From NCBI RefSeq assembly GCF_003704095.1, contig NW_020847220.1, positions 1-64,000 of the forward strand: a DNA stretch of 64,000 nucleotides, read 5' to 3'. A program made the translations under genes and the position numbers. The DNA is from Pocillopora damicornis. Its lineage: Eukaryota. This document shows, in pieces, positions 39,785-52,400 of the stretch (its first letter is position 1; each line of letters starts with the position of its first letter). The notes under the pieces are model-generated. The model made no database searches. It had not been told where the DNA came from and saw only the letters and a program-made list of their open reading frames with translations.

Positions 39785-41245
39785 ATATTATAGTACCATA
39801 AATTGTCGGTGTATTGAGTTTTAAAAAACCAGGCTGGGGGGGAGGGTGAGGAACTCTGTCTTACTGAGAGTGTAATCGAGCGTTTCCGGTCAAGAATAAA
39901 GGAAATGAATCATACAATGAACTGACAAAAGCGATCTACATGAAAAATATTAGCATACGTTGTAATGGCGGACGGCTTCGTTTGCTGAGGCTCGTTTATG
40001 TGATTCCTTAGTATTGCATTGCACATCTTTTATTGCGCATACAAACCACGTAATGATTGAGGCGAATAAGCGCACTTATTGTATTTTGATCCATGGCCCA
40101 GTTTAAAAGGCTCGATGGTATTTAGCTCTTGATTGAGAACACTAACCTACATTTTCTACTGCATAAGTTGGTCTACAAATTATCCCTTTTAGATTGGAGA
40201 ATCTCATCTGGCCTTTTTGGCTCCTATGAATCCCTCAATAAAGAAGATTGCAGTCTTTTTAAAATAAAAAAATTTGCATTATCATTAAAAAGCTCTTTCA
40301 GTCCATGCAAGGATAAAAAGGCGTTCGAGACTTCAACGGAATAAATCTGTAACTTACTGAACTGATGGCTTAAGAGTACGATGGCTTAAGAAGAGGGTAC
40401 CTTTGCACAAACCTCCTCCTCTCAGTCTAACGACCAGCAGGAGGGCCTTGAAGGGTGCCAGAAGCCATAGTCGGCGACAGGGAACTTAACGTCGTGATTT
40501 AGTTGTCAAACACGTACACTCAGCGATAAATGTGAGCTACTAAAACCATTTGTATCGGGTTAAGCCATAACAAATCGTAAAGCTGATGGTAGTTAAAACT
40601 ATACTTGATCTGAAGAAGCAACATCGGCATAACAGGGTTTCGTTGCATACGATTTCGGACGATTACCGACACTTGACATTATGCATGACTACGGAAAGTT
40701 AAGCTGATGTCGGAGATATGCTCCAGCGCGGATCCTCACGCAGTTACGAGCCTATTTTAGTATTCTTTACATGGTGAATTTCACCGCAGTTTACGATCAG
40801 ATATCCAAGGTCAGAGTTCGGCGGATAGACGTTCTAAGAAAAGGTTTTGCTTCAACTTGCATTGCATATCGATTTGAAAACTGAAATGGATGATACAGAA
40901 ATAACGTAGAAGAAAATAAATAGGGGAAAATAGACAACACAGTTGCAGAAACAAAACGATTTCCAGTTTGAGGAGAAAAAGTTTTTGCCGGCGATGTCTG
41001 CTGTGTGGAAGGCTTATGTAAGACGTATCATTGTGTAACAACAGCGACAACTTTCTACAATGGGTACCACTATCTACACTGTCTACAGTAGGTACAACTA
41101 TATACACTGTTTACAGTAGGTAGCACTGTCTACAGTGTGTACAACTATCTACACTGTCTACAGTTAAGGTACAACTATCTACACTGTCTACTGTGGGTTC
41201 TAGGTTCATTTGGTCATGGGTTCAAATCCCGTACTGGCCTGAATT

Positions 41246-41345
41246 NNNNNNNNNNNNNNNNNNNNNNNNNNNNNNNNNNNNNNNNNNNNNNNNNNNNNNN
41301 NNNNNNNNNNNNNNNNNNNNNNNNNNNNNNNNNNNNNNNNNNNNN
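41246..41345. other. Assembly gap (100 N)
   Basis: Run of N. Confidence 1.
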
Positions 41346-42804
41346 CTTCCTTTGACGTTTCTTATGTATTATCCATTTCAAGCTCGTCATCCTTCGATAA
41401 GCAATGAAAGTTAGAAGGAGGTAAAATGTTTTCTCAGTATGTCTACGTGCCGAACTCTGACGTTAAGATGTCGATGTCCGATCGTAAACTGCAGTGAAGT
41501 TCTCTTTGTCGAGAATAAAATAAAGAAACAGGCTGGTAAGTCTTTGAGGATCCGTGCTGGAGCACATCTTCGACATCAGCCTACCTTTCCGTAATCATGT
41601 GAAATGTCATGTATCGGTAATTGTCCGAAATCGTATGTAACGAACTCATTCAAAATTGGACAGAGCCCCATGATATTAAAACAAGAGAGAAAATAGCTCC
41701 AATACCATCTCTTGACTAGAAGCAAGGTTCGAAACATGGAATATAAGGAAATATGTTGTTCTTGAGGTTTGAAATTTTGCTTTTGTATGCTATGCCGCTA
41801 TTGTTCAGTTTGTTCAGGTAAAGTAAAGTTTTTAGTTAGCATCAACTTCACGACTTGTCATGGCCTAACCAGATAGATACAACTGGTTCTAGTAGCTCAC
41901 CTTGATTACTGAGTGTGTTTGTAAGCTAAATCAAGTGGTCAAGTTCCCTATCGCCGTCTATGGCTCCAGACAGCCTTCAGGCCTTCCTGTTGGTCACTAG
42001 AGGGGAAGAGGTTTTGGCAAAGGTACCCTCTTCTAACTTGTGGTCTAAGTTATTGGAATGTTTACACCTCCTTTCTCACAGATTATGATTTGGTAATGAT
42101 AAATTTCGGACGACAATCAGAAGTGTCAGTGATAAATATTCTGATTACTCTTGCGTCAATCCCGCTTTAAAATGGAAGATGGTGATATACATAAGTATCT
42201 CGGTTACTTTTACAAAGGAAATTTGAATTTTTGGTCACAAATAATCTACGAGAAAAATGTGGAGTCTACCGACCACTTCCTCTCTTTGCTTCTGCACGGC
42301 ATAACTCTCTAATACGAAAAGAGCCGTTTTTTTAATCATGATACTCTTAAGCCATCGGTTCATTAAGTTGCAGATTTATTCTGTTGAAGTCTTGAACGCC
42401 ATTTTATCCTTGCTTTTATCCTTTTATCCTGTAGAAAATATAGGTCAGTGTTATAAATCAAGAGCTGAAGACCATCGTACTTTTTAACCTGGTCCATGGA
42501 TTAAAATACATTAAGCGCGCTTATTCGCCTTTATGATTACGTGATTTTATGCGCAGTAAAAGATGTGCAATACAATTCTGAGGAGTCATATTCAAGAGCT
42601 TCAGCAAACGAAGCCGTCCGCCATTACAACATATGCTAATATTCCTCGTGTAGATCGCTTTTGTCAGTTCTTTGTTTGACTTACTTCCTTTATTCTTGAC
42701 CGGAAACGCTTGATTGCACTCTCAGTAAGACAAAGTTCCTCACCCTCCCCCCCAGCCTGGTATTTCACAACTCACTACACCGACAATTCATACATAATAA
42801 ATAT

Positions 42805-43008
42805 GTAGTTTCGAGATGGTCGAGCGGCAATCGTAGGCGCGCAACGAGTGCAAGAGAAGTCATCGAGGTCGCGGGTTCGAGTCACGCTATAGGAGTTATT
42901 CTCAATCTGGCTTGGGGGCCGAATAACTTCTCCCCGAGTATGATTTGGAGCTTGCGGACAAGGAGTAACTCTCAAACTGGCTTGGGGGCCGAGGAACTCC
43001 TCCCCGCG
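42805..43008 (+). ncRNA. Putative Pol III unit (full copy, + strand)
   Basis: A-box at 42817, B-box GGTTCGAGTC at 42874, hairpin units 42892-42936 and 42962-43006, T-rich terminator-like tract from ~43017. Confidence 0.5.
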
Positions 43009-43876
43009 AAACTGCGTTTTTGTTTTTGCTGTTTTTCTTCTACTTTTTCTCCTTATCATCATCATTTTTATCTTCTTTTTTCCTTTTCCCTTCTTCTGTT
43101 TCAGAGCAGTTTTCTTTCTCGGGCCACGTTGTTAATTGTTAGTTGTATTTGAAATCTTGTGGAGTTTTCTGTTACTCAGAAGTCGCCGGCAAAGATTCTT
43201 TTTCCTTGAAATAGAAGTGGTTTTGTTTTTCTTTAACCGTTTTATGTATTATTTTTACCTCTTTTCTTCCTTTGACGTTTCTTATGTATTATCCATTCCA
43301 AGCTAGGCGATACAAGTTAGAAGGAGGTAAATGTTTTCTCAGTATGTCTACCTGCTGAACTCTGACGTTGGGATGTCGTTGTCTGATCGTAAACTGGCCT
43401 CCAAACGCATCGTCGAATTCCCGTGGAGGTCTCGTGGCAAAGAGTTCCTCTCAATTTGGCGGGAAAGGTCATTCCGAATTTACAATGCAGTAAAGGAAAT
43501 CCAAAAATTTATGAGAAAAAGAAGAAAGAAAATTGGGCAAAGCAAACTAAGGAAAAAAGAAAACCTTAGCTTCGATTTCTTCGGCCCGGGCTCTCTCACG
43601 ACTATTCGGCTGTTTGATGAATACTTTACGTATTAAACCCTATGCAAAATGTGCCATAAATTCTCTTTTGTTATGTAATGGAAGACTCGATGCAAACAAA
43701 ATGTGCAGATCGAGAGGCCTTTCCTATTGTGACAAATACCAAAACCGAAGAAGATAAATGCTCAGAAACAAAAAAAGAAAAAGGAAAGATAACAATGATG
43801 ATAAGAAGAGGTAAAAATAGAAAAGTCAGCAAAAACGCATTTTTCTGTGAACGTATTTTATTAAAGCTTTACCGAA

Positions 43877-44535
43877 TGTAGACAGTGTAGATAGCTGTAC
43901 CTACTGTAGACAGTGTAGAAAGCTGTACCTACTGTAGATAGTATAGATATTTGTACCTATTGTAGACAGTGTAGATAGTTTTACCTATTGTAGACAGTGC
44001 AGATAGCTGTAGCTACTGTAGACAGTGTAGACAGCTGCATCCACTGTAGACAGTGTGGATAGTTATACCTATTGTACACAGTGTAGAAAGCTGTACCTAC
44101 TGTGGACAGTGTAGAAAGCTGTACCTACTGTAGACAGTGTAGATATTTGTACCTATTGTTGACAGTGTAGATAGTTGTACCTACTATTGACAGTGAAGAT
44201 AGTTGTTCCTATTGTGGACAGTGTAGATAGTTGTATCTACTGTAGACAGTGTAGATAGTTGTACCTACTGTAGACAGTGTAGATAGCTGTACCCGCTGAA
44301 GACAATGAAGATAGTTGTACCCATTGTAGACAGTGTAGATAGCTGTACCTACTTTAGACAGTGTAGACACCTGTACCTACTGTAGGCAGTGTAGATAGTT
44401 GTAGCTATTGTACACAGTGAAGAGGGTTGTACTTATAGCAGATGGTGTAGATAGTTGTACCTACTGTAGACAGTGTAGGTAGTTGTGTCTACTGTAGACA
44501 GTGTAGATAGTTTTATCTACTGTAGACAGTGTAGA
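43877..44535 (-). repeat. 28-bp minisatellite of the right inverted terminus
   Basis: Tandem TAGACAGTGTAGATAGYTGTACCTACTG. Confidence 0.95.
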
Positions 44536-44756
44536 TGGACGTACCTACTGTTCTAGTTAACACAGTGATATGTCTTACATAACAGTTCCACAAAGTGACC
44601 CAACAATATAGCCTACATGAATAAATTTTACTAAGTGACCATATGTTGTTCAACCATGCAGTATGTATCGAATTCAATGATAATTCATTGATGTTGCATG
44701 AAGCAAATTCCTTTTCATACCTTCGCAGATGCTCGCGGGCGCGACATCGAGCCAAG

Positions 44757-47700
44757 ATGGCTGCCGAGAAGTGTGCGAAGATTGTGCAGAGACTCTCAAA
44801 TACGTCAGGCGAAGAGTTAATGATAACTTTACAAGATCTTAGTGCCCTTCTTAACAGCTCATCTTTTGGTACTCGTGAGATAGCGCCTCATATCCCAGCT
44901 CGTTCGTTGTTTGGCTGTTTCAGTACAACCAACGAAGAGCAAATTTCACTGTGCAAAGGGATATTGAACAAATTACTATCTGTAGAGAAGGCAGACGCAA
45001 TTATAACTCAGTACCACGATTTCGTCATCGAAGGTTTGAATCATCCACAGTTTGAGGTCCGCGAGTTTTGCTTGGGTGAGCTGGAAAGATGCTCTGCAAC
45101 TGTTAACGGCCTTCTCGCTATTTTGGACAATGTGGATATCCTGGTTTACACCACTCGTGCGCTGAGCAACGAGAGCCTTGCTTGCGTCAAGTTGGCCTCA
45201 AATACGCTTATCAACACTGCAAAACATGAATCCGGCCTGGAGATTTTGTTTGAACATCAGATTCAGAGTGAAATCGAGGAGCTTCTAACGAAAAAAGATG
45301 TTATCCGGTTCAGAGTGTATGAGCTTTTTGTGGCTATCCAACGTCTCTCCGAAAAAGCGTTTAAATTATGCAGAAAATCAGGTGTTTTGGAGAAATTGGC
45401 AAAAGAGCTTGATGGAGATGATATTTTGCTCAGATTGAACAGCATTGAGCTTTTGACGCAACTTGCAGATTCAGGAACAAATGGGCTCATGTTTGTTGAA
45501 GAAAGTGGCATAGCAAATAAGCTGAACAATTTATTGATTACTGCTGAAGTAGATCCACTGATCTCTTTGATGTTACCAAGTAAGATTTTATTTTTAGTAT
45601 AGACAGTTCAAACACAGAAAGTCAATTAAAATGATTTAAATGTTCAGATTTTATAGAAGGGTAAGCTTCTAAAGAAACTGTAGGGTAGTGTCAGTAGACA
45701 GTAGTACTGGATAATCTGGTTTTATCAAATGAGTTCATAATGTAAACACTTGAGCCGTCAGCTTTAGAATCTGTTCACAGTGGTCAATATTCAATAAACA
45801 CAATCTGAACTAAGTTGATAAAACCAAAATATCTTCTTCCTAGTTTTTGAAATAATGATGCAGAAATTCCAACCCTTCTGATTTGATTGGTAGTCTCCCA
45901 ATTTGATGTGTTGCCCCTCTCCTGATTTATCATAAAATTCTTATAACAAAGAAAAAATTGCTTCTCTTATAAGTATCTTTTGCAATCTGAGAGTAAAATG
46001 TTATGTAACATACTTTCCTATACAATTTTTTTGTTTGCAGATGACTTAGGCATAAATTAAATAAAATAATACTCCCTATTTCCCCTCAAAAGGGGTTGGA
46101 ATATCTGTGAATAATAATGATACCAACAACAATAATGATACTTTCTGTTCTTATATGGTGCTGCCTCCAATATAATTGCCCAAATAGTACTTAACAAATA
46201 TTCAATAACATTAAAAATGATGGTAAGAATGCTAGGAAAGGGCAATGTTGAATCTTCAAAGTGATCAGCTAAAAAACTGGAAGTCACATTTAGAAAATTA
46301 AATGTCTAAACAAGCATTTTCACAGCTCAGTATAGGCTGCCCCTTTTGCTGTCTGAACTTACAGGCAAATTGTCATCAGGTAAAGGTCCTAAGATCTCAT
46401 TGGTGATTCTCCTTATTGTCAGCCATACAATTCTTATGATATAATTTCTGAGAATTTGCTGTTGGATCAACTATCAATCCAGTATCAATCCCCTAATTTA
46501 CATTTTTCTTTCTTCATATCACTTGTCTGCTTGATATTGCCATATATTGTAGGAAGAAATTCTGTCTTGGTCACTCGTGTAATACATTTTCTTGATCTTG
46601 AAATCTTACAGGTATTATCAGATTCTTTGGTTATCTGGCTCAGTCCAGACCAGCAGAAGTGATTCAGCAGTATCCAGCCTTTTTGGAAAATGTCATCTCC
46701 TTCCTAACAGCTGCAGATCCATCTCTTAAACTGATTGCCATAGAAACAGTTGGTGCTGTGTCACATTCAGAAGCAGGTCTGCAAGTAGTATTTGATGACA
46801 AGAGCCGCATTCATGAGATCATGAAAGTCTTGTGCACAAACATCACTTCTTCCCAAGCTGATGTGAAGGCTCGTTCCTTGGAAACTCTGGCCTTGATTTT
46901 TCACTCCACTCAAGTTCCTTCTGAGGATTTGTCAGCTTTGACAAGATTGCTCTTTATTGCTATGACATCTAATCCACTTCAGGAACTGATGGAAATTTCT
47001 AAACAACCTTTTCAAGATGTTCACTATGCTGTGTTGAAAGTGTTTAGAAGTCTTGCCAAATACCGATGGGCACAAGAAAACATGACCACTTGCCCAGGTA
47101 AAAACAAAGAAGACTAAGCTTATTAAATAAATAGTATCTTGTAATCATAAAGCTGGAAACCTATTCTGGACACAAACTTTGGTTTAGAACAGAAATAGAT
47201 GATGAGATGAATGTGCTTATCCTGCTACATATGCTTGCACAAGGTGAAACTCTTTGCATGTCCCTACTTGTGAAGCGTGGATGTGCATCATCTGAAATGT
47301 GAATCCTAATGAAAATATCACAAAGCATATGATGGACTGCAGACAGTTTGCAGTGTCTTGTAAAAAAAAACCTCTTTGAAGACATTCTTCCACCAAACCA
47401 CAGAAATCACAGCTCCACTTAGGCTTATTGTTCCAAGGACAGTATTCAGAGTACCCTCTTGGAGATGGTAGCTTAAACAAGTTAAGATAGTTTAGGTTAA
47501 CAATTTCCATCTCACCTTGAGAGAGCTTGCACCCAAACCTGCCTATTCATGGTACATTGTGGATAAATAACGAGGATTTGTCCCCCCCAAAGTGGCCTAA
47601 AACTTTAGGGCTTATAATATATAGATTTTTTTCTTGCAGGTTTCCTTGAATACCTTTTAGACAGGAAGACAGAAACAGACAAGACTGGCAAGGAACTGAA

Positions 47701-47848
47701 GTATGAGTTTATAGCAGAACTTGTTCATTCTCCATTCTCTAAGGAAGTGTTTGACAAGCCCATTCATTTACGACTGCGGGAATATGAACGTGAGGGGCCA
47801 TTCTATGTTCAAGCCGAGGCAGCTGTAGCATTTGAAGGAGCAGACTGA
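44757..47848 (+). CDS. PSMD5: 26S proteasome assembly chaperone S5b. Exons 44757-45579, 46612-47097, 47640-47848; 505 aa
   Basis: ARM/HEAT-like helical protein with GLNHP, DVIRFRVYEL, DDILLRLNSIELL, IIRFFGYLA, SKQPF, PGFLEYLLDR..E, REGPFYV...AVAFEGAD*. Kozak-like AAGATGG; phases consistent. Confidence 0.92.
45658..45830. mobile_element. Degenerate copy of the PLE-derived element family seen at 2548 and 55344
   Basis: aagggtaagcttctaaagaaactgt... and cagtggtcaat...gttgataaaaccaaa match that family; hammerhead core lost. Confidence 0.5.
47369..47472 (-). pseudogene. Diverged duplicate of exon 12 of the Rab-RCC1-ROCO gene inside PSMD5 intron 2
   Basis: 47369-47452 vs 49954-50037: 73/84 identical by manual count; TLNTVLGTISLSGAVISVVWWKNVFKE vs TLNTVLGTIGLGGAVLSGVRWKNVFKE, donor GAG|GTTT retained. 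Confidence 0.8.
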
Positions 47849-49459
47849 AACTACTTTGCTGTGGTTGTAGTTCATGTTTGGTCACCGTAATTGTACTGTA
47901 ATCTACAAAAATTAGTTACATTTGGATCAAGTTAGTTCAAATTATTCCAACCATAACACTAAGGGTTTTTCTTAAAGAGTGTTAGAAGGTGTTTTAGACT
48001 GTGCTAGTCATAAAGTAATGCTAGTAATTCGAGTTCTCCTGTCTTTTCCATTCTGATGTATGGAAGGAACTTTGGCAAAGGAAACTTTGACCTCTCATGT
48101 ATTTTAAACCCAAAAAAGGCTATTGCCTAGATTATTTAGGTAAAGGATGCGAAGGAATTCTTTTTGTTTATTAATTTTTGAAAATGTGATAATTGAATAA
48201 AGACAAATTGTAGCCTGAACAAAGTAGCCTGTGTACATACAAGTCCTTTATTGGACGAGGAGAGTAAATTTGCACATGGTATAGTGTCTGCATCAAAGTG
48301 GGGAAAGCTTACTAAGCGTTTCACAGTAGAAATTAGAGATCTTTATTAGTTTTGATAAAAATGCATTTTTACTATTTCAACTTAATGTTCGTTAAAAGGG
48401 AACTTTGTAATTTCTGATTTTATCTATTGAAAATTTTTCATGGCTTTCTAACAACCGATGATGATGTTCCCGTTAACTTGAAGAATGTAGAATTTATATT
48501 GCAGCTCATAGCATTAAGAACACACCTAAAAACTTTCCCATGCTTTGCCTATAAATTACTTGTTTTTTGTGAATACATTACATTGATAGTTTTTGCTCAT
48601 TTCTCAATTAATAAAAATCAGAACAACCAGCTTAACCGTGTAGCTAGTGTTTCCCTTTTTTTTCTCCAAGGAAAGAAGGAGTGAAGTTACGAAAAGAAAC
48701 CTGAGATAGCCTACCCTTATTCTAATCTTTTTGGAGCTTGGTGTACACGAGTATACAAAAATATATTAATATCGTATATTTGAACTTGTCCCAGCGAGCT
48801 ATAGTTCACCTGTGCCCTCTAATCAGCTAGTCCTAGTCATAAATTGTTTACAAGGAGCTATCATTAAATTGTATCGGCGCTTAAGGGCTCTCGATTATTG
48901 CTCCTCTGAAAGGGTTTACGGTTTTGAGGTCGAAAAACATAAAAGAATCTTTGGTTGAATTTGCACGGTTTACCTAGTAGGGCAAGTTACATTCAAGTTT
49001 CAGTTCTTGTGCAGGAATGTCCAGTTCTTCTGTTCTTGACCACAAAATGGACCAATTGGGTTATCACACACTGTTTACGAATCGTGGGATGCATTCTTAA
49101 CATATAGAAGACGACTCAAAAAGAAGTTCTGGAGTAATAGAGCTGTAGAAAGGCGTGAAAAGTTTCGTCTTAAATTATATTTCTTACAGCTTAGCTGCAA
49201 TTGAACTGATCGCAGAAAATAAAGCTTGAAAATATCAATTTAGGATTGTTGTGCCTCCGAGTCCTACCACTACGTTCTGGACGCTATTACCAACTGAGCC
49301 ATAAAGCCACAATTTTAGGATAGAACTTTACTTTCTGTAATTACCTTCACTGCAAGTTTTCGGTAACATCCAATTCGACATTCATCATCGATATTCACAA
49401 GTTAAACATAAGTTACTTCATACATTATCATGACGTAGTTGACTTGATTAATCGTTGTC

Positions 49460-52400
49460 TCACGGCATGATGTGAAAGACTTTGGTGTCTTTGCTGTTCT
49501 TTCTGTGCTTTTCACATACCCAAATGACGCCAAACCCTTCGCGATATTCCTGTCGCAACCCGCCGAAGTTGTCTTTGGTTCCTAGCTTTAACAGAACTTC
49601 TCGCAAGTATTCATAATGTTCACCACCCAGTTGATAGCCGCGGAATGCACCTGATACGCCAGTTAGCCCTTTGGGTTGCGGAATGGAACCCGATGATTCC
49701 TCAACAGTCTTGAGGAAACCGTCCATCTGTGTGTAAGATAGGTAACGTAGGCTTTTGGATTTTGGTATATTGGAACACATTTCTTTAAACGTCGTAAAAA
49801 TAAAACATAGAAAAACATCACAACGAACAAATAATCACACCAACTGAAGCGGAGAAGACGCGAGTAACGAGTAACGTTTGCTTAACGAGGTATATATATG
49901 TGATGAAGAAGTTTCGTAGATGTCGTTGATTTTAAAAGTCAATGCATATCACAAACCTCTTTGAAGACATTCTTCCATCGAACTCCAGAAAGCACAGCTC
50001 CACCAAGGCCTATTGTGCCCAGGACAGTGTTCAGAGTTTCTTCCACATCAAAGAGGGTTGCAGCGATGCTCGCCACAGAGGAAATGTTGATGAGAAGCTG
50101 AAAAGAGGAAAATATTGGCGAACTATGGTTAACGTTGAAAAAGAGACAAGAGTGAATTTAGAATTCCAAGAATTAACGCTATAACACTCCGAATCAATTC
50201 GTGTCGATGTTGCCCACAAACGGTCTGCAAGAAATTTACCTGCAAAGAAAAGCGCAAAAAATTAACGCTTTTCTTGATGAGATCAGCAGCTACCATACTC
50301 TCTAGTCTGTATCCTTCATGCTTGCTGGAGTCCAGAAAATGTACCCCACTACCGTCTCCGTTTCCTTCACAAAGCAGAAACAACCGATATTTTGGCTGAC
50401 CAAAGGTGAGAAGCTTTTTTATCGCGTTCAATTTCAAAACAGAGGAGCGATTCCGGAATTCTGGCAGAAGGCAAATGGTTCGTGGAACATCGTACTACGG
50501 AAAGTGATACAGACATGTCAGAAAACGAGAAAGAGAAAAGTGTTCCTATGTCAAGTTCGTGCCACATTCAAATTAAACAAACCGCCACAGAAACTGTCGA
50601 GGCCGAGAGTAGACAGTAATATGGCGATTTCATATTTTGGGCGCAAACGAAATCAAGTGTGGAGACAACAGCAGCTCTGTTTTCAAAACATGCAGATTAA
50701 CATCACAATTCAAAATCTGAAACACCTCCACGACACCAGCAAGCTCTAATAGAGAGCATGAATTACAGAGAGATAAGATTGGAATTCCTTAGCTAGGGAA
50801 CACAGTCAAATTGTCTATAAAATATACTTACATGAAAGTACCAAGTCTTTTGTCTATTATCCCTGCTAAAATGGTTATGATTCTTTGATTACCCGCTTCC
50901 CTCCTAGTGACTGTCCTCCTCAGTTCTAATGGGCAAAAGCCTTATGTTCGTACTTTCTCTTCGGCAATTCAAGACGAAGACTTAGCAAAAATCTGTCATA
51001 TTGATCACCAGTGCTAAACGCTATTCTTACATTTTTCATGTCCATGAAGACTTTTGTCAAGTCGTTAATCCTTTCTCTGATCTCTCTCAGCAGTTTTGCT
51101 TCATGTTTGTCAACGCGATCACCAAGGTACTTCATCAGGGGACGCGTCAGAGTGTTAGGATCATTAAGCTTACGGTACGGGTCACCTGCTTTGTTAAAAA
51201 CAAGTTGATGAGTGAAAAACTCAGAACGAGTTTGAGTGTTTAATAATTTGATTTTGGCGTCTTTCTTCTCCATCCATAATGAACTTTGCAAGTTGAACCA
51301 AGTTTTATTTCTTTCCAACGCAACAACGATCCATAGTTGAATTTTGTTCACTTTTCGCCCTTGAAACATGCACAAAAACAAGGTCCAAGGCCATCCTCAA
51401 CAGGCCAACAGTATCCTTTATATGTTTTTTTCTGGAAATCTACAGGAAAAAGACCCCCTATGCTTTAAGTTGTGGACGTGATTATGATTCAAATTTCAGC
51501 TCTGGAGGTCACGCAAGACTAGTAAACTCACACAGGTCAGGGTAAGTGAGTATTGGTCTCTAAGTTTCTACCTACCGGTTCCATTTAAAGAATGCCATTC
51601 CAAAACTGGAATCAACTGCGTATCTTTGAATCCATTTAACATGTCACTGATGGTAGATTTTTTGTCATAACATCTTTCACAATGACACCTGTCCACGCCA
51701 CGTGCTGTTTCCTCTTGTAGAAAGGACAAATCAAAATAATGTTGCTGACAGGCACTACAAGACACCTTGATCTCACAAAAGCCAGGTAAATTCGCAAGGC
51801 ATGTTTTCATGAAACGTACTGTTGCTTCTGCACCTGCCCTGCAGACATCTTGGCTGTGTGCCCGCACTGTCACTCTTACCTCCATGACAGTTTTGTTGAC
51901 AAAACAAGGCCCGCAGTCAATACGACAGTCATACTGATCGTCCACGTAGATAACCAGAGAATATTTCCCCACAATCACTTGACTATATTCTTGCAGAATG
52001 TTTGCAACGAGGTCATGGAAATTGGAATAGACAAGATAAGGCGGCACCTTAAACACCAAATGTCTGTAGATGGTGTATTTGGACTCCTCTACCGGAGGCC
52101 AATTCTTTTCTGTGATAGATTTTGAAGTCAGGTGCGGAATAATGTAAACTGCACCTCCATCTCTTGTCTCAACAGCCACTCGCTTTTCAATTAAAAAGTT
52201 GACAATGTGTTGTTTTGTCGAGTCTGGGGAATTAAAACGGATGAAAAAGACGTTCATGAGAACCCCAAGGAGTTACAAGAACACTTAAAATATCTCTAGA
52301 GACAACTTTGTATTATAGAAATACTAATTCTGGGAGTGTCTGGTGCCTCGAAAAAGGCTTTATGCTTATTAACATAAATAGTTAATTCCTCCTCCCACGC

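Larger units (their letters stand above)
31791..44675. mobile_element. Foldback-like composite element/array with long inverted termini containing a 28-bp minisatellite and multiple direct and inverted copies of a 1-2 kb internal core
   Basis: 31791-31930 is the reverse complement (roughly 80% by eye) of ~44535-44675, each continuing inward as the same minisatellite. Core copies at ~32433-33340, 35289-35740 (inverted), 36135-37985, 38090-39180, 39230-41000, 41346-43400 (inverted). No transposase ORF seen. Confidence 0.75.

Noticed and set aside
42805-42890. Functional tRNA gene
   Set aside because: A and B boxes are present but I cannot build an acceptor stem or canonical anticodon arm; tRNA-derived at most.
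36100-43900. Short hydrophobic or Lys-rich ORFs in the repeat cores
   Set aside because: They derive from A/T-run low-complexity sequence, and frames are not preserved between copies.
44643-44756. N-terminal extension of PSMD5 in the ORF track
   Set aside because: It starts inside the repeat terminus; ATG 44757 has better context and gives a typical PSMD5 length.
51345-51440. Alternative acceptor giving an early stop (DFQKKTYKGYCWP...GEK*)
   Set aside because: It would remove the conserved C-terminal COR motifs. The downstream AAG acceptor at 51360 keeps frame, though the short isoform cannot be excluded.
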